DNA of 64,000 nucleotides. Origin: Citrobacter sp. Cu233 (GTDB lineage Bacteria > Pseudomonadota > Gammaproteobacteria > Enterobacterales > Enterobacteriaceae). Made by a program: the position numbers and the translations under genes. This document shows, in pieces, positions 1 through 14,379 of the stretch. Position 1 is the stretch's first letter. Each line of letters starts with the position of its first letter. The stretch spans positions 1-64,000 of the forward strand of contig NZ_JAOWIF010000021.1 in assembly GCF_030332225.1 (NCBI RefSeq), written 5' to 3'. The notes beneath the pieces were generated by a model. The model was not told where the DNA came from. It saw nothing but the letters and a program-made list of their open reading frames with translations, and ran no database searches.

Positions 1-24
1 TCCGGCCAGTAAAAGCTTGTCCTG

Positions 25-462
25 CTACCCGCGCACGAGGTTGAGTAACGGGTACGGTTGTCCGAGATCGTCCACTTCTGAACGTCCCGCCACGTTAAAT
101 CCCATCTTCTTATAAAACCCCACCGCCTGATCATTTTGTTCGTTAACGTCAGTCGTCAGTGTCGATGCTAACGATAAAGCATGTTCAATCAGCAACTTAC
201 CGACACCGCTACCGCGCATATCCGGATCAACAAACAGAGCATCTATATGCTGTTCGGTCAGCAGCATAAATGCGACTGGCTCATCCTTTTCCGTTACCGC
301 AACCCAGAGCGGAGCTTCTGGCAAAAACGAACGTACCAGCTCTTCCAGCTCAGTTCGGTAATCAGGTGAGAGAAAATGGTGCGTGGCATCGACTGAACGA
401 CACCAGATAGAAACTAACTTCTCACCTTCATCCCGGCGTGAACGACGAATGGTCAGAGCCAT
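25..462 (-). CDS. yjaB: GNAT family N-acetyltransferase YjaB
   Basis: 145-aa ORF; translation matches remembered YjaB along its length; sits upstream of metA as in K-12. Confidence 0.85.
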   Translation of the reverse strand: MALTIRRSRRDEGEKLVSIWCRSVDATHHFLSPDYRTELEELVRSFLPEAPLWVAVTEKDEPVAFMLLTEQHIDALFVDPDMRGSGVGKLLIEHALSLASTLTTDVNEQNDQAVGFYKKMGFNVAGRSEVDDLGQPYPLLNLVRG

Positions 463-576
463 AGCATTCTCCTTTTATATTTACTGCACTATTCTACAGC
501 AAGGAACCGTGAAACTTTCTCAACTTGAACATGCAAGCTCGACATTCACGTGATTCCTGGGTATCTTCAGCTATCT

Positions 577-600
577 GGATGTCTAAACGTTTAAACGTAT
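577..600 (+). promoter_or_regulatory. Three tandem MetJ-box-like octamers (GGATGTCT AAACGTTT AAACGTAT) upstream of metA
   Basis: Three contiguous 8-mers each matching AGACGTCT at 6/8; metA is a known MetJ target. Confidence 0.5.
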
Positions 601-619
601 GTAGTGAGGTTATCAGGCT

Positions 620-1549
620 ATGCCAATTCGCGTGCAGGACGAGCTACCCGCCGTCAGTTTCTTACGTGAGGAAAACGTCTTTGTCATGACGACATCCCGC
701 GCTTCCGGCCAGGAAATTCGTCCACTGAAGGTGCTTATCCTCAACCTGATGCCGAAGAAGATTGAAACGGAAAACCAGTTCCTGCGTTTACTGTCGAACT
801 CCCCCCTGCAGGTGGATGTTCAGCTGTTACGCATTGATGCCCGCGAGTCACGCAACACGCCAACGGAACATCTGAATAACTTCTACTGTAATTTCGAGGA
901 TATCAGCGATCAGAACTTTGACGGATTGATCGTGACCGGTGCGCCACTGGGCCTGGTTGAGTTTAACGATGTGGCATACTGGCCGCAGATTAAACAGGTG
1001 CTTGAATGGGCCAAAGATCACGTCACATCGACGCTATTTGTCTGTTGGGCGGTACAAGCCGCACTGAATATTCTTTATGGCATTCCAAAGCAAACCCGCA
1101 CAGACAAACTCTCTGGCGTTTATGAGCACCATATTCTGCATCCTCATGCGTTGTTGACGCGTGGTTTTGATGATGCCTTTCTGGCTCCCCACTCTCGCTA
1201 TGCCGATTTCCCTGCTGCACTTATCAGGGACTACACCGATCTTGAGATCTTTGCGGAAACAGAAGAAGGGGATGCCTACCTGTTTGCCAGCAAAGATAAG
1301 CGTATTGCATTCGTGACGGGCCATCCGGAATATGATGCCCACACATTGGGGAGTGAGTATTTTCGTGATGTAGAGGCGGGTTTAACACCGGAAGTACCGT
1401 ATAACTACTTCCCAAAAAATGATCCGCAAAACAAACCGCGAGCGACCTGGCGTAGCCATGGCAATTTGCTGTTTACCAACTGGCTCAACTATTACGTCTA
1501 CCAGATCACGCCATATGATCTGCGTCACATGAATCCAACGCTGGATTAA
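620..1549 (+). CDS. metA: Homoserine O-succinyltransferase
   Basis: 309-aa [24 protein letters not shown]..., matches MetA in length and sequence. Confidence 0.95.
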   Translation: MPIRVQDELPAVSFLREENVFVMTTSRASGQEIRPLKVLILNLMPKKIETENQFLRLLSNSPLQVDVQLLRIDARESRNTPTEHLNNFYCNFEDISDQNFDGLIVTGAPLGLVEFNDVAYWPQIKQVLEWAKDHVTSTLFVCWAVQAALNILYGIPKQTRTDKLSGVYEHHILHPHALLTRGFDDAFLAPHSRYADFPAALIRDYTDLEIFAETEEGDAYLFASKDKRIAFVTGHPEYDAHTLGSEYFRDVEAGLTPEVPYNYFPKNDPQNKPRATWRSHGNLLFTNWLNYYVYQITPYDLRHMNPTLD

Positions 1550-1594
1550 TCTTCTGCGATAAACGATCCTTAAGCGTTTCAGCATGTTGAATCA

Positions 1595-1620
1595 GGCACC
1601 TTCGGGTGCCTTTTTTATTT
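1595..1620 (+). terminator. Rho-independent terminator after metA
   Basis: GGCACC-TTCG-GGTGCC hairpin followed by TTTTTTATTT. Confidence 0.6.
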
Positions 1621-1689
1621 CCGAAATGCACCTCACGGTGTAATTAATTTTTATTTTTATTGTTATCAATAAGTTAACATATAATTAAA

Positions 1690-1745
1690 TTAAAAATGGA
1701 AATTGTTTTTGATTTTGAAATTTAAATGGGTAGTCTTAGTTGTGC
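1690..1745 (+). promoter_or_regulatory. aceB promoter / IclR operator region (AT-rich, TGGAAATTGTTTTTGATTTTGAAATTT)
   Basis: AT-rich block with a GGAAAT...GAAATTT repeat just upstream of aceB; K-12 aceBAK is IclR-repressed here. Confidence 0.35.
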
Positions 1746-1817
1746 TGAACGAAAACCGCACAACGATCCTTCGTTCGCATTGGGGATGTGTTTGGATCAA
1801 TGACGAGGAACTACGCA

Positions 1818-3419
1818 ATGAATCAACAGGCAACAACAACCGATGAACTGGTCTTTACCAGGCCGCATGGCGAGCAGGAACAGCAAATTCTGACTGCAGA
1901 GGCGGTTGAGTTTCTGACTGAACTGGTGACCCGATTTACGCCAAAGCGCAATAAACTTCTCGCTGCTCGTATCCAGCAGCAGCAGGATATTGATGACGGT
2001 AAGTTGCCTGATTTTATTTCGGAAACAGCTTCCATTCGTGATGGTAACTGGAAAATTCGCGGTATTCCTGATGATTTACTGGATCGCCGTGTAGAGATCA
2101 CCGGGCCTGTTGAGCGCAAGATGGTGATCAACGCACTGAATGCGAACGTTAAAGTTTTTATGGCTGACTTTGAGGATTCGCTGGCACCTGAATGGAGCAA
2201 AGTTATCGACGGGCAGATTAACCTGCGCGATGCGGTGAATGGCACCATCAGCTACACCAATGAAGCCGGTAAAATTTACCAACTTAAACCTGACCCGGCC
2301 CTGCTGGTGTGTCGTGTGCGCGGTCTGCATTTGCCGGAAAAACACGTCACCTGGCGTGGAGAAGCGATCCCTGGCAGCTTGTTCGACTTTGCCCTCTATT
2401 TCTTCCACAACTACAAAGCGTTGCTGGCAAAAGGTAGTGGTCCCTATTTCTATCTGCCAAAAACACAGGCCTGGCAAGAAGCGGCCTGGTGGAGCGAAGT
2501 ATTCAGTTATGCAGAAGACCGCTTTAACCTGCCGCGCGGTACCATTAAAGCCACGCTGCTGATTGAAACGCTGCCGGCCGTCTTCCAGATGGACGAAATC
2601 CTGCATGCCCTGCGTGACCATATTGTGGGACTCAACTGCGGTCGCTGGGATTACATTTTTAGCTATATCAAAACCCTGAAAAATCACCCAGACCGCGTTT
2701 TGCCTGACCGTCAGGTGGTGACGATGGATAAGCCTTTCCTCAGCGCCTATTCACGTCTGCTGATTAAAACCTGCCATAAACGTGGTGCCTTTGCGATGGG
2801 CGGAATGGCTGCGTTCATTCCCAGCAAAGACGCCGAGCGTAACAACCAGGTTCTGGCCAAAGTAAAAGCCGATAAATCGCTGGAGGCCAATAACGGTCAT
2901 GACGGGACCTGGGTTGCACACCCTGGGCTGGCTGATACCGCGATGGCGATTTTCGATGAGGTACTGGGCGATCACAAAAACCAGCTGTTCGTGACCCGCA
3001 ATGAAGATGCCCCGATTACCGCAGAACAGCTGTTGGCACCGTGTGAGGGGGAACGCACCGAAGAAGGCATGCGCGCCAATATCCGCGTTGCCGTGCAGTA
3101 CATCGAAGCGTGGATCTCAGGCAACGGCTGCGTACCGATTTATGGCCTGATGGAAGATGCAGCAACGGCTGAAATTTCACGTACTTCCATCTGGCAGTGG
3201 ATCCACCACCAGAAAACGCTCAGCAACGGCAAGCCGGTCACCAAACCGCTGTTCCGCCAAATGCTGGCCGAAGAAATGCTGGTGATTCAGGACGAACTGG
3301 GCGAGCACCGCTACAGCAGCGGGCGTTTTGATGATGCCGCGCGCCTGATGGAGCAAATCACTACATCCGACGAGTTAATTGATTTCCTTACGTTACCGGG
3401 CTATCGCCTGTTGGCCTAA
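1818..3419 (+). CDS. aceB: Malate synthase A
   Basis: 533 aa from [16 protein letters not shown]...; the ORF-track start at 1788 is an upstream extension. Confidence 0.95.
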   Translation: MNQQATTTDELVFTRPHGEQEQQILTAEAVEFLTELVTRFTPKRNKLLAARIQQQQDIDDGKLPDFISETASIRDGNWKIRGIPDDLLDRRVEITGPVERKMVINALNANVKVFMADFEDSLAPEWSKVIDGQINLRDAVNGTISYTNEAGKIYQLKPDPALLVCRVRGLHLPEKHVTWRGEAIPGSLFDFALYFFHNYKALLAKGSGPYFYLPKTQAWQEAAWWSEVFSYAEDRFNLPRGTIKATLLIETLPAVFQMDEILHALRDHIVGLNCGRWDYIFSYIKTLKNHPDRVLPDRQVVTMDKPFLSAYSRLLIKTCHKRGAFAMGGMAAFIPSKDAERNNQVLAKVKADKSLEANNGHDGTWVAHPGLADTAMAIFDEVLGDHKNQLFVTRNEDAPITAEQLLAPCEGERTEEGMRANIRVAVQYIEAWISGNGCVPIYGLMEDAATAEISRTSIWQWIHHQKTLSNGKPVTKPLFRQMLAEEMLVIQDELGEHRYSSGRFDDAARLMEQITTSDELIDFLTLPGYRLLA

Positions 3420-3450
3420 CTCACCACATAACAATATGGAGCATCTGCAC

Positions 3451-4755
3451 ATGAAAACCCGTACTCAACAAATCGAAGAATTACAGAAAGAATGGACACA
3501 ACCGCGCTGGGAGGGCATCACTCGCCCCTATAGCGCGGAGGAAGTGGTGAAATTACGTGGCTCGATTAACCCGGAATGCACGCTGGCGCAACTGGGTGCC
3601 GCGAAAATGTGGCGTTTACTGCACGGTGAGTCGAAGAAAGGGTATATCAACAGCCTTGGCGCGCTGACGGGAGGTCAGGCACTGCAGCAGGCGAAAGCGG
3701 GCATTGAGGCGGTCTATCTTTCTGGCTGGCAGGTCGCGGCGGATGCCAACCTGGCGTCCAGCATGTACCCGGACCAGTCACTGTATCCGGCGAACTCTGT
3801 CCCGGCTGTGGTGGATCGGATCAACAACACTTTCCGTCGTGCGGATCAGATCCAGTGGTCAACCGGCATTGAGCCGAACGATCCGCGCTACGTGGATTAC
3901 TTCCTGCCGATCGTGGCCGATGCTGAAGCGGGTTTTGGTGGCGTACTGAACGCGTTCGAACTGATGAAGTCGATGATTGAGGCCGGTGCAGCGGCCGTTC
4001 ACTTCGAAGATCAGCTCGCATCCGTCAAAAAATGCGGCCATATGGGCGGCAAAGTGCTGGTGCCGACCCAGGAAGCTATCCAGAAACTGGTAGCCGCTCG
4101 CCTGGCGGCTGACGTGATGGGCGTACCGACACTGGTGATTGCCCGTACCGATGCCGATGCGGCAGATTTGATCACCTCCGACTGCGATCCGTATGACAGT
4201 GAATTCATCACTGGTGAACGCACCAGTGAAGGCTTCTACCGTACGCATGCGGGTATTGAGCAGGCGATCAGCCGTGGTCTGGCGTATGCGCCGTATGCGG
4301 ACCTGGTATGGTGTGAAACTTCCACGCCGGATCTCGAACTGGCTAAGCGTTTTGCCGATGCGATCCACGCTAAGTACCCTGGTAAACTGCTGGCCTATAA
4401 CTGCTCGCCGTCATTTAACTGGCAGAAAAATCTGGACGATAAAACCATCGCCAGCTTCCAGCAGCAGCTGTCTGACATGGGCTATAAATACCAGTTTATT
4501 ACCCTGGCGGGCATCCACAGCATGTGGTTCAACATGTTCGACCTCGCACATTCCTATGCGCAGGGTGAAGGCATGCGTCACTACGTTGAGAAAGTTCAGC
4601 AACCAGAATTTGCTGCAGCCAAAGACGGGTATACCTTCGTTTCCCACCAGCAGGAAGTGGGGACGGGCTACTTCGATAAAGTGACGACCATCATTCAGGG
4701 GGGGGCCTCTTCAGTGACCGCATTAACGGGCTCTACCGAAGAATCGCAGTTCTGA
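3451..4755 (+). CDS. aceA: Isocitrate lyase
   Basis: 434 aa from [15 protein letters not shown]...; the ORF-track start at 3379 is an N-terminal extension overlapping the aceB stop. Confidence 0.95.
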   Translation: MKTRTQQIEELQKEWTQPRWEGITRPYSAEEVVKLRGSINPECTLAQLGAAKMWRLLHGESKKGYINSLGALTGGQALQQAKAGIEAVYLSGWQVAADANLASSMYPDQSLYPANSVPAVVDRINNTFRRADQIQWSTGIEPNDPRYVDYFLPIVADAEAGFGGVLNAFELMKSMIEAGAAAVHFEDQLASVKKCGHMGGKVLVPTQEAIQKLVAARLAADVMGVPTLVIARTDADAADLITSDCDPYDSEFITGERTSEGFYRTHAGIEQAISRGLAYAPYADLVWCETSTPDLELAKRFADAIHAKYPGKLLAYNCSPSFNWQKNLDDKTIASFQQQLSDMGYKYQFITLAGIHSMWFNMFDLAHSYAQGEGMRHYVEKVQQPEFAAAKDGYTFVSHQQEVGTGYFDKVTTIIQGGASSVTALTGSTEESQF

Positions 4756-4759
4756 TCAA

Positions 4760-6582
<1,823 letters not shown>

Positions 6583-6629
6583 TTCTCCGTAGGCCGGGTA
6601 AGGCGTAGCCGCTACCCGGCAACCCCATC
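6583..6629. repeat. REP element between aceK and iclR
   Basis: gtaggccgggtaaggcgtagccgctacccggcaa; convergent gene ends. Confidence 0.5.
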
Positions 6630-7454
6630 TTAACGAAACCCGCCGTACGCCAGTGTCACCTCTTTTGCTGCTTTGATAGCCAGTGCGCCAAACTCGGTAA
6701 CGCGGTCGTCGGTAATACGTGAGATTGGCCCTGAGATAGAGATGGCGGCGAACGGCTCGCGGTGCTCGTCATAGATGCACGATGCCACGCAGCGCAAACC
6801 CAGCGCATGTTCTTCATCATCAAACGAATAGCCACGTTTACGTGTTTGCGCGAGATCTTCTTTCAGATGGACGGGAGAAACCAGCGTAGCGTGAGTGTAG
6901 GCGTGTAATCCTTTTCGGTGCAGCAGGCCGGTAACCTGTTCTTCGCTCAGTTGGGATAAAAACGCCTTACCCGCGCCAGAGGCGTGCATCGGCAGTTTGC
7001 CACCGATGGGCGCGGACATACGCATCAGCTGGGTACACTGAACCTGATCGATAATAATGGCCTGATGGTCGCTCTGATCCAGCACGGCCAGATTTACCGT
7101 CTCACCAGAGTCTTCCATCAGCTTGCGCAGAATCGGGTGGACAATCGCCAGCAGGTTGCGGCTTTGCAAAAAGCTGCTGCCAACAATAAACGCGTGTGCG
7201 CCGACGGCCCAGTGTCCTAATTCACCCACCTGGCGGACAAAACCCTGCTGCTGCATGGTCGTCAACAACCGGTGAGTGGTGGAGTTAGGCAAGCCAGCCT
7301 GTTGTGCCAGCTCGGTCAGCGCTACGCTACCGTTGGATTCTGCAATCCACTCAAGTAGCTTCAGGCCTCGGGTCAAAGACTGAACCTGCCCGGTTGCGGG
7401 CGTAGTAGTGGCAGCGGGTTTTCTACCGCGTTTCGCGGGGACAGTGGCAACCAT
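6630..7454 (-). CDS. iclR: Glyoxylate shunt repressor IclR
   Basis: 274 aa, IclR-family HTH plus effector domain, matches IclR. Confidence 0.95.
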   Translation of the reverse strand: MVATVPAKRGRKPAATTTPATGQVQSLTRGLKLLEWIAESNGSVALTELAQQAGLPNSTTHRLLTTMQQQGFVRQVGELGHWAVGAHAFIVGSSFLQSRNLLAIVHPILRKLMEDSGETVNLAVLDQSDHQAIIIDQVQCTQLMRMSAPIGGKLPMHASGAGKAFLSQLSEEQVTGLLHRKGLHAYTHATLVSPVHLKEDLAQTRKRGYSFDDEEHALGLRCVASCIYDEHREPFAAISISGPISRITDDRVTEFGALAIKAAKEVTLAYGGFR

Positions 7455-7649
7455 GGCAGACTCCTTTTCTGTATCGTGGAAATCATTTTCGTTTTATTCG
7501 ATTATAATGCAAGAATTCCTGCACTGATCGGATGAGTGAAGCTGAACATGTCTCATGTTGCCCGTTGTTTGCTTTTCCGTCTCTCAGGTTTGTGCCAGTA
7601 TGACCTGTTGAGTTTTTTTCGGTCTGGTTGAGCGTTGTCGGGAGCGAGT

Positions 7650-10600
7650 GTGAGCAGCAAAGTTGAACAATTACGTCAGCAGTTAAAAGAACGTATTCTG
7701 GTATTGGACGGCGGTATGGGCACCATGATCCAGGGTTACCGTCTGAGTGAAGAAGATTTCCGCGGCGAACGCTTTGCCGACTGGCCATGCGATCTAAAAG
7801 GCAACAACGACCTGTTGGTGCTGAGCAAGCCGGAGGTGATCACCGCGATTCATAACGCCTACTTTGAAGCTGGCGCGGATATCATCGAAACCAATACCTT
7901 CAACTCGACGACCATCGCCATGGCGGATTACCAGATGGAATCCCTGTCGGCGGAAATCAACTTTGCCGCTGCGAAACTGGCGCGCGCCTGCGCGGATGAG
8001 TGGACGGCCCGTACACCGGAAAAACCGCGCTACGTCGCTGGCGTGCTTGGCCCAACCAACCGCACGGCATCTATCTCGCCAGACGTAAATGACCCGGCTT
8101 ACCGCAATATTACCTTTGATCAGCTGGTGGCCGCCTACCGCGAATCCACCAAAGCGCTGGTGGAAGGCGGCAGTGACCTGATCCTGATTGAAACTGTTTT
8201 CGATACCCTCAACGCCAAGGCGGCGATTTTTGCGGTGAAAACAGAATTTGAAGCACTGGGTGTTGAGCTGCCGATCATGCTCTCCGGCACTATCACCGAT
8301 GCCTCCGGACGTACGCTCTCCGGCCAGACTACCGAAGCGTTTTATAACTCGCTGCGCCACGCCGATGCGCTGACCTTTGGTCTGAACTGCGCATTAGGCC
8401 CGGACGAGCTGCGCCAGTATGTGCAGGAACTGTCGCGCATTGCCGACTGCTATGTCACCGCACACCCGAACGCCGGTTTGCCAAACGCCTTCGGTGAGTA
8501 CGATCTCGACGCGGACACCATGGCGAAGCAAATCCGTGAATGGGCCGAAGCGGGCTTCCTTAACGTAGTGGGGGGGTGCTGCGGTACCACACCAGAACAT
8601 ATTGCCGCGATGAGTCGCGCGGTTGATGGCTTACCACCGCGCCAGCTGCCGGAAATCCCGGTGGCCTGCCGTCTGTCCGGCCTTGAGCCGCTGAACATTG
8701 GCGACGACAGTTTGTTCGTTAACGTTGGTGAACGTACCAACGTCACCGGTTCTGCCAAATTTAAGCGACTGATTAAAGAAGAGAAGTACAGTGAAGCGCT
8801 GGATGTTGCCCGTCAGCAGGTGGAAAGCGGCGCGCAGATTATCGATATCAACATGGATGAGGGGATGCTTGACGCCGAAGCGGCGATGGTGCGTTTTCTC
8901 AACCTGATCGCCGGGGAACCGGATATCGCCCGTGTACCGATTATGATCGACTCCTCGAAGTGGGAAGTCATCGAAAAAGGGCTGAAGTGCATTCAGGGTA
9001 AAGGCATCGTTAACTCCATCTCGATGAAAGAGGGGGTTGAAACCTTTATCCATCATGCGAAGCTGCTGCGTCGCTACGGCGCCGCGGTGGTGGTGATGGC
9101 TTTTGATGAGCAGGGGCAGGCCGACACCCGCGCGCGTAAAATCGAGATCTGCCGTCGGGCATACAAAATTCTTACCGAAGAGGTGGGTTTCCCGCCGGAA
9201 GACATCATCTTCGACCCGAACATCTTTGCGGTTGCAACGGGTATCGACGAGCACAACAACTATGCTCAGGACTTTATCGGTGCGTGCGAAGATATTAAAC
9301 GTGAACTGCCGCATGCACTGATCTCTGGCGGCGTCTCCAACGTGTCGTTCTCGTTCCGTGGTAACGACCCGGTGCGCGAAGCGATCCACGCCGTGTTCCT
9401 CTATTACGCTATTCGTAACGGCATGGATATGGGGATCGTTAACGCAGGACAGTTGGCAATTTACGACGACCTGCCTGCAGAACTGCGAGATGCGGTTGAA
9501 GATGTGATCCTCAACCGTCGTGACGATGGTACCGAGCGTCTGCTGGAGCTGGCCGAAAAGTACCGCGGCAGTAAAACTGACGACACCGCCAACACCCAAC
9601 TGGCGGAATGGCGTAGCTGGGACGTGAAAAAACGCCTCGAGTACTCGCTGGTGAAAGGCATTACTGAATTTATTGAGCTGGATACCGAAGAAGCGCGTCA
9701 GCTGGCTGCCCGTCCAATCGAAGTTATCGAAGGGCCACTAATGGATGGCATGAACGTCGTTGGCGACCTGTTTGGCGAAGGCAAAATGTTCCTGCCGCAG
9801 GTGGTGAAATCTGCCCGCGTAATGAAGCAGGCAGTGGCCTACCTCGAACCGTACATTGAAGCCAGCAAAGAGAAAGGTTCCAGCAACGGCAAGATGGTCA
9901 TTGCCACCGTGAAAGGTGATGTACACGACATTGGCAAAAACATCGTCGGCGTGGTGCTGCAGTGTAACAACTACGAAATCGTCGATCTTGGCGTGATGGT
10001 TCCCGCGGAGAAAATCCTCCGAACGGCGCGCGAAGTGAATGCCGATTTGATTGGTCTTTCCGGACTGATTACTCCGTCACTGGACGAAATGGTCAACGTG
10101 GCGAAAGAGATGGAACGTCAGGGCTTCACCATTCCGCTGTTGATTGGTGGAGCGACCACCTCCAAAGCGCATACGGCGGTGAAAATCGAGCAGAACTACA
10201 GTGGCCCGACGGTGTATGTGCAAAACGCCTCGCGTACCGTTGGCGTTGTTGCCGCGTTGCTTTCCGATACCCAGCGTGACGACTTCGTTGCCCGTACACG
10301 TAAAGAGTACGAAACCGTGCGTATCCAGCATGCGCGTAAAAAACCGCGCACCCCACCGGTCACACTGGCCGCGGCGCGTGAAAACGATCTGGCCTTTGAC
10401 TGGGAAAGTTATACCCCGCCGGTGGCCCATCGCCTGGGCGTACAGGAAGTTGAAGCCAGTATCGAAACGCTGCGTAATTACATCGACTGGACGCCATTCT
10501 TTATGACCTGGTCGCTGGCTGGAAAATATCCACGTATCCTGGAAGATGAAGTGGTGGGTGAAGAGGCGAAGCGCCTGTTCAAAGATGCCAACGATATGCT

Positions 10601-11333
10601 GGATAAACTCAGCGCTGAGAAGACGCTGAATCCGCGTGGCGTTGTGGGTCTGTTCCCGGCCAACCGCGTCGGCGATGACATCGAGATCTACCGTGATGAA
10701 ACACGTACGCACGTGCTTAACGTGAGTCATCATCTGCGTCAGCAAACGGAAAAAGTTGGTTTCGCCAACTATTGCCTGTCTGACTTCGTGGCTCCGAAAC
10801 TGAGCGGCAAGGCGGATTATATCGGTGCTTTTGCGGTCACTGGTGGCCTGGAAGAAGACGCGCTGGCGGATGCTTTCGAAGCGCAGCATGACGACTACAA
10901 CAAGATCATGGTGAAAGCGATAGCCGACCGTCTGGCTGAAGCGTTCGCGGAATATCTGCATGAGCGCGTGCGTAAAGTCTACTGGGGCTACGCGGCGAAT
11001 GAAAACCTCAGCAACGAGGAGCTGATCCGCGAAAATTACCAGGGGATTCGCCCGGCACCGGGCTACCCGGCGTGCCCTGAGCACACCGAGAAGGCGACTA
11101 TCTGGGAACTGCTGGATGTGGAAACGCACACCGGGATGAAGCTGACCGAGTCCTACGCCATGTGGCCAGGTGCATCGGTCTCTGGCTGGTATTTCAGTCA
11201 TCCGGACAGCAAGTACTACGCCGTGGCGCAAATCCAGCGCGATCAGGTTGAAGACTATGCGTTCCGTAAAGGGATGAGCGTAGCGGAGGTTGAGCGCTGG
11301 TTAGCGCCGAATCTCGGCTACGATGCCGATTGA
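7650..11333 (+). CDS. metH: Cobalamin-dependent methionine synthase
   Basis: GTG start giving [28 protein letters not shown]...; 1227 aa; Hcy-binding, pterin, B12 and AdoMet domains. Confidence 0.95.
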   Translation: MSSKVEQLRQQLKERILVLDGGMGTMIQGYRLSEEDFRGERFADWPCDLKGNNDLLVLSKPEVITAIHNAYFEAGADIIETNTFNSTTIAMADYQMESLSAEINFAAAKLARACADEWTARTPEKPRYVAGVLGPTNRTASISPDVNDPAYRNITFDQLVAAYRESTKALVEGGSDLILIETVFDTLNAKAAIFAVKTEFEALGVELPIMLSGTITDASGRTLSGQTTEAFYNSLRHADALTFGLNCALGPDELRQYVQELSRIADCYVTAHPNAGLPNAFGEYDLDADTMAKQIREWAEAGFLNVVGGCCGTTPEHIAAMSRAVDGLPPRQLPEIPVACRLSGLEPLNIGDDSLFVNVGERTNVTGSAKFKRLIKEEKYSEALDVARQQVESGAQIIDINMDEGMLDAEAAMVRFLNLIAGEPDIARVPIMIDSSKWEVIEKGLKCIQGKGIVNSISMKEGVETFIHHAKLLRRYGAAVVVMAFDEQGQADTRARKIEICRRAYKILTEEVGFPPEDIIFDPNIFAVATGIDEHNNYAQDFIGACEDIKRELPHALISGGVSNVSFSFRGNDPVREAIHAVFLYYAIRNGMDMGIVNAGQLAIYDDLPAELRDAVEDVILNRRDDGTERLLELAEKYRGSKTDDTANTQLAEWRSWDVKKRLEYSLVKGITEFIELDTEEARQLAARPIEVIEGPLMDGMNVVGDLFGEGKMFLPQVVKSARVMKQAVAYLEPYIEASKEKGSSNGKMVIATVKGDVHDIGKNIVGVVLQCNNYEIVDLGVMVPAEKILRTAREVNADLIGLSGLITPSLDEMVNVAKEMERQGFTIPLLIGGATTSKAHTAVKIEQNYSGPTVYVQNASRTVGVVAALLSDTQRDDFVARTRKEYETVRIQHARKKPRTPPVTLAAARENDLAFDWESYTPPVAHRLGVQEVEASIETLRNYIDWTPFFMTWSLAGKYPRILEDEVVGEEAKRLFKDANDMLDKLSAEKTLNPRGVVGLFPANRVGDDIEIYRDETRTHVLNVSHHLRQQTEKVGFANYCLSDFVAPKLSGKADYIGAFAVTGGLEEDALADAFEAQHDDYNKIMVKAIADRLAEAFAEYLHERVRKVYWGYAANENLSNEELIRENYQGIRPAPGYPACPEHTEKATIWELLDVETHTGMKLTESYAMWPGASVSGWYFSHPDSKYYAVAQIQRDQVEDYAFRKGMSVAEVERWLAPNLGYDAD

Positions 11334-11365
11334 TTCACAAAACTGTCATCTTTCTTTACAACAAA

Positions 11366-11398
11366 CAGGGCGCTCAATGAGTGCCCTGTCTCTTTCTT
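11366..11398 (+). terminator. Rho-independent terminator after metH
   Basis: CAGGGCGCTC-aatg-AGTGCCCTG hairpin then TCTCTTTCTT. Confidence 0.5.
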
Positions 11399-11445
11399 AC
11401 GTTTAAACCCGTATACTGAAGGGAAAACGATAATAAGGAGAATCC

Positions 11446-13074
11446 GTGTTAACGTTGTTACACCTGCTTTCTGCCGTGGCTATGCTGGTTTGGGGTACGC
11501 ATATTGTGCGTACCGGTGTGATGCGCGTCTTTGGTGCCCGCTTACGTACTGTGCTCAGCCGTAGTGTTGAAAAGAAACCACTCGCCTTCTGTGCCGGTAT
11601 CGGCGTAACTGCTCTGGTACAAAGCAGCAACGCAACCACCATGCTGGTCACCTCGTTCGTCGCGCAGGACCTGGTGGCACTTACCCCTGCACTGGTGATT
11701 GTACTCGGCGCTGACGTGGGGACCGCGCTGATGGCGCGTATTCTGACTTTCGATCTCTCCTGGCTGTCGCCCTTGCTGATTTTTATCGGCGTCATTTTCT
11801 TTCTTGGGCGCAAGCAGTCTCGTGCCGGACAGTTGGGCCGGGTCGGTATTGGTCTGGGGTTGATTTTGCTGGCGCTGGAGCTGATTGTGCAGGCGGTAAC
11901 GCCGATCACCCAGGCTAACGGTGTACAGGTTATTTTCGCCTCGCTCACCGGCGATATCATGCTTGATGCGCTGATTGGCGCAATGTTCGCGATTATCAGC
12001 TACTCCAGTCTGGCGGCAGTTTTGCTGACGGCAACGCTGACCGCGGCGGGCATTATTTCGTTCCCGGTGGCGCTGTGTCTGGTGATTGGCGCTAACCTCG
12101 GCTCTGGCCTGTTGGCGATGCTCAACAACAGTGCTGCGAACGCCGCAGCCCGTCGTGTGGCGCTCGGCAGCCTGCTGTTTAAACTGGTGGGTAGCCTGAT
12201 TATCCTGCCATTTGTTCATCCGTTGGCGAATCTGATGGATGAACTACCGCTGCCGAAATCCGAACTGGTTATCTACTTCCACGTGTTCTACAACCTGGTG
12301 CGCTGCGTGGCGATGGTGCCGTTTGCCGAACCGATGGCGCGTTTTTGTAAACGCATCATCCGCGATGAACCCGAACTGGACATGCATCTGAAACCCAAGC
12401 ATCTGGATGTCAGCGCGCTGGATACACCAACGCTCGCTCTGGCTAATGCTGCCCGTGAAGCTCTGCGTATTGGCGATGCGATGGAGCAAATGATGGAGGG
12501 GTTAAAGAAGGTGATGCATGGCGAACCGCGCGAAGAGAAAGAGCTGCGCAGGATGGCCGATGACATCAACGTATTGTATACGGCCATCAAGCTCTATCTG
12601 GCGCGCATGCCTAAAGATGAGCTGGCGGAAGAAGAGTCGCGTCGCTGGGCAGAAATTATCGAAATGTCACTCAACCTCGAGCAGGCTTCTGATATCGTTG
12701 AACGTATGGGCAGCGAGATTGCCGATAAGTCGCTGGCTGCGCGGCGGGCATTTTCTGTCGAAGGGTTAAAAGAACTGGATGCGCTCTACGATCTACTGCT
12801 CAGCAATCTGCAGCTGGCGATGTCGGTGTTCTTCTCTGGTGATGTGACCAGCGCCCGTCGTCTGCGTCGTAGCAAGCACCGCTTTCGCATTCTGAACCGT
12901 CGTTATTCGCACGCGCACGTTGACCGTCTGCATCAGCAGAACGTGCAGAGCATTGAGACCAGCTCCCTGCACCTCGCGCTACTGGGCGACATGCAGCGTC
13001 TGAACTCGCTGTTTTGTTCCGTGGCCTACAGCGTACTGGAACAACCGGATGAGGATGATGAGCGTGAGTATTAA
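11446..13074 (+). CDS. yjbB: Na/Pi-cotransporter family inner membrane protein YjbB
   Basis: 542 aa; polytopic N-terminal half and PhoU-like C-terminal half; position as in K-12. Confidence 0.9.
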   Translation: MLTLLHLLSAVAMLVWGTHIVRTGVMRVFGARLRTVLSRSVEKKPLAFCAGIGVTALVQSSNATTMLVTSFVAQDLVALTPALVIVLGADVGTALMARILTFDLSWLSPLLIFIGVIFFLGRKQSRAGQLGRVGIGLGLILLALELIVQAVTPITQANGVQVIFASLTGDIMLDALIGAMFAIISYSSLAAVLLTATLTAAGIISFPVALCLVIGANLGSGLLAMLNNSAANAAARRVALGSLLFKLVGSLIILPFVHPLANLMDELPLPKSELVIYFHVFYNLVRCVAMVPFAEPMARFCKRIIRDEPELDMHLKPKHLDVSALDTPTLALANAAREALRIGDAMEQMMEGLKKVMHGEPREEKELRRMADDINVLYTAIKLYLARMPKDELAEEESRRWAEIIEMSLNLEQASDIVERMGSEIADKSLAARRAFSVEGLKELDALYDLLLSNLQLAMSVFFSGDVTSARRLRRSKHRFRILNRRYSHAHVDRLHQQNVQSIETSSLHLALLGDMQRLNSLFCSVAYSVLEQPDEDDEREY

Positions 13075-13202
13075 CGAGGACCGGTGAAATGTTGCCCGGT
13101 GGCGCTGATGCTTACCGGGCCTACGGATAACCGTCAATGTTGTCGTCTACCTTGTAGGCCGGATAAGGCGAAGCCGCCATCCGGCATCAGACAACCCATC
13201 AA
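13075..13202. repeat. BIME (two REP copies) between yjbB and pepE
   Basis: cccggtggcgctgatgcttaccgggcctac ... gtaggccggataaggcgaagccgccatccggca. Confidence 0.6.
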
Positions 13203-13895
13203 CTAAAAGCAGTGACCTGCCTCAACGGCAACCGCCTCTTCACCTGCTTTAAAGATGTACGTGGTGTTCGGGCCACCAAGAACGGCCTGATCGTTGCTTA
13301 CCTTGATCCAGTTGCCTTCCGGCAGGCCAATCACCGTCAGCTCCGGCGCGACAACCAGCAGCTCGCGAATACGCTGTTCACGCGTTTCGCCTTTGTGGCC
13401 TTCCGGCAGCGCGTTGGTGAAGTGCGGGTTAATCTGTAGTGGGAACAGACCCAGGGCATCAAAGCCTTTTGGATCGACAATCGGCATGTCGTTAGTGGTG
13501 CGGATAGTCTGGCAGGCGAGGTTGGAACCGGCACTCCAGCCGATGTACAGCGCACCGCGTTTGACGACATCCACAATCGGGGCCAGCAACCCGCGCTCGC
13601 GGCTCTCTTTCAGTAACTGGAAGGTGTTCCCCCCACCGACAATCACCAGCTCTGCGTTTTCAATCGCCGCAACCGGATCGGCAACGGTATGAATACCGGT
13701 AACGTTGACGCCCATTGGCGCAAAGATGGCAGCCGTTTTCGCCGTGTACTCATCCCAGGTTTGCGTGACGCCTGCAAACGGAATAAACACCGCCGTGCGG
13801 CGACCATTCAGTTGCTCAGCAATCAGCGGCAGCGCGTGTTCCATCCAGCCTTTGCCTGGCAGCGTCGAGTTACTCAATAAAAGCAGTTCCATCAT
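13203..13895 (-). CDS. pepE: Alpha-aspartyl dipeptidase (peptidase E)
   Basis: 230 aa [20 protein letters not shown]..., S51 peptidase. Confidence 0.9.
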   Translation of the reverse strand: MMELLLLSNSTLPGKGWMEHALPLIAEQLNGRRTAVFIPFAGVTQTWDEYTAKTAAIFAPMGVNVTGIHTVADPVAAIENAELVIVGGGNTFQLLKESRERGLLAPIVDVVKRGALYIGWSAGSNLACQTIRTTNDMPIVDPKGFDALGLFPLQINPHFTNALPEGHKGETREQRIRELLVVAPELTVIGLPEGNWIKVSNDQAVLGGPNTTYIFKAGEEAVAVEAGHCF

Positions 13896-14142
13896 TTCTC
13901 CAGATAATCAGTAAATTACAAACCACAGTAATGCTACCACTATCAGTCTAACACCTCACTGATATGGCTCACGATGTTGGAAGTGGAGTTCTGGAAAGCG
14001 CCTCGCAGACTTGTTCTTCGGGGCGTGACAGGCCTGTGCAACCACCTTAGTGTGGCATGATGATTTTCTGGTCAGGGAATAGAAAATGCTCGCTTATTAC
14101 GCTAACCTTAGATATGCCATGCGCACTGCTATGGGGGTTATC

Positions 14143-14379
14143 ATGCGCACTGTGTCTAAGGTAAAAAAATCAGTCAATGTCTCTCTGGATCCAGAAATAC
14201 TGGAAGAGGCGCGCAAGCTTAAAATCAATCTCTCGGCTGTTTTAACCGAAGCCCTAATCGAAAAATTCCGCGAGAATAAACGTGAAGAATGGTTGCGGGA
14301 TAATAAAAAATCGATAGAAGCATTAAATCAATGGGTGGAAGAAAACGGTTCGTTCAGTGATTTTCAAAGGACATTCTGA
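14143..14379 (+). CDS. ccdA: CcdA-like antitoxin
   Basis: 78 aa from MRTVSKVKKSVNVSLD...; aligns to F-plasmid CcdA including the NGSF(S/A)D C-terminal motif; 4-nt ATGA overlap with the downstream toxin. Confidence 0.7.
   Translation: MRTVSKVKKSVNVSLDPEILEEARKLKINLSAVLTEALIEKFRENKREEWLRDNKKSIEALNQWVEENGSFSDFQRTF

Noticed and set aside
3379-3450. Apparent 5' extension of aceA overlapping aceB (ORF track 3379..4755)
   Set aside because: The conserved IsoCitLyase N-terminus [12 protein letters not shown] begins at 3451 with its own SD; the upstream in-frame Met lies inside aceB.
7794-11231. Long antisense ORFs inside metH (e.g. 8631..9599, 10077..11231, minus strand)
   Set aside because: They lie entirely opposite a highly conserved, correctly framed metH; these are typical GC-rich antisense open frames with no SD or homology.
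11542-12219. 225-aa Q/R-rich antisense ORF inside yjbB
   Set aside because: Low-complexity composition opposite a well-supported membrane-protein gene; no independent signals.
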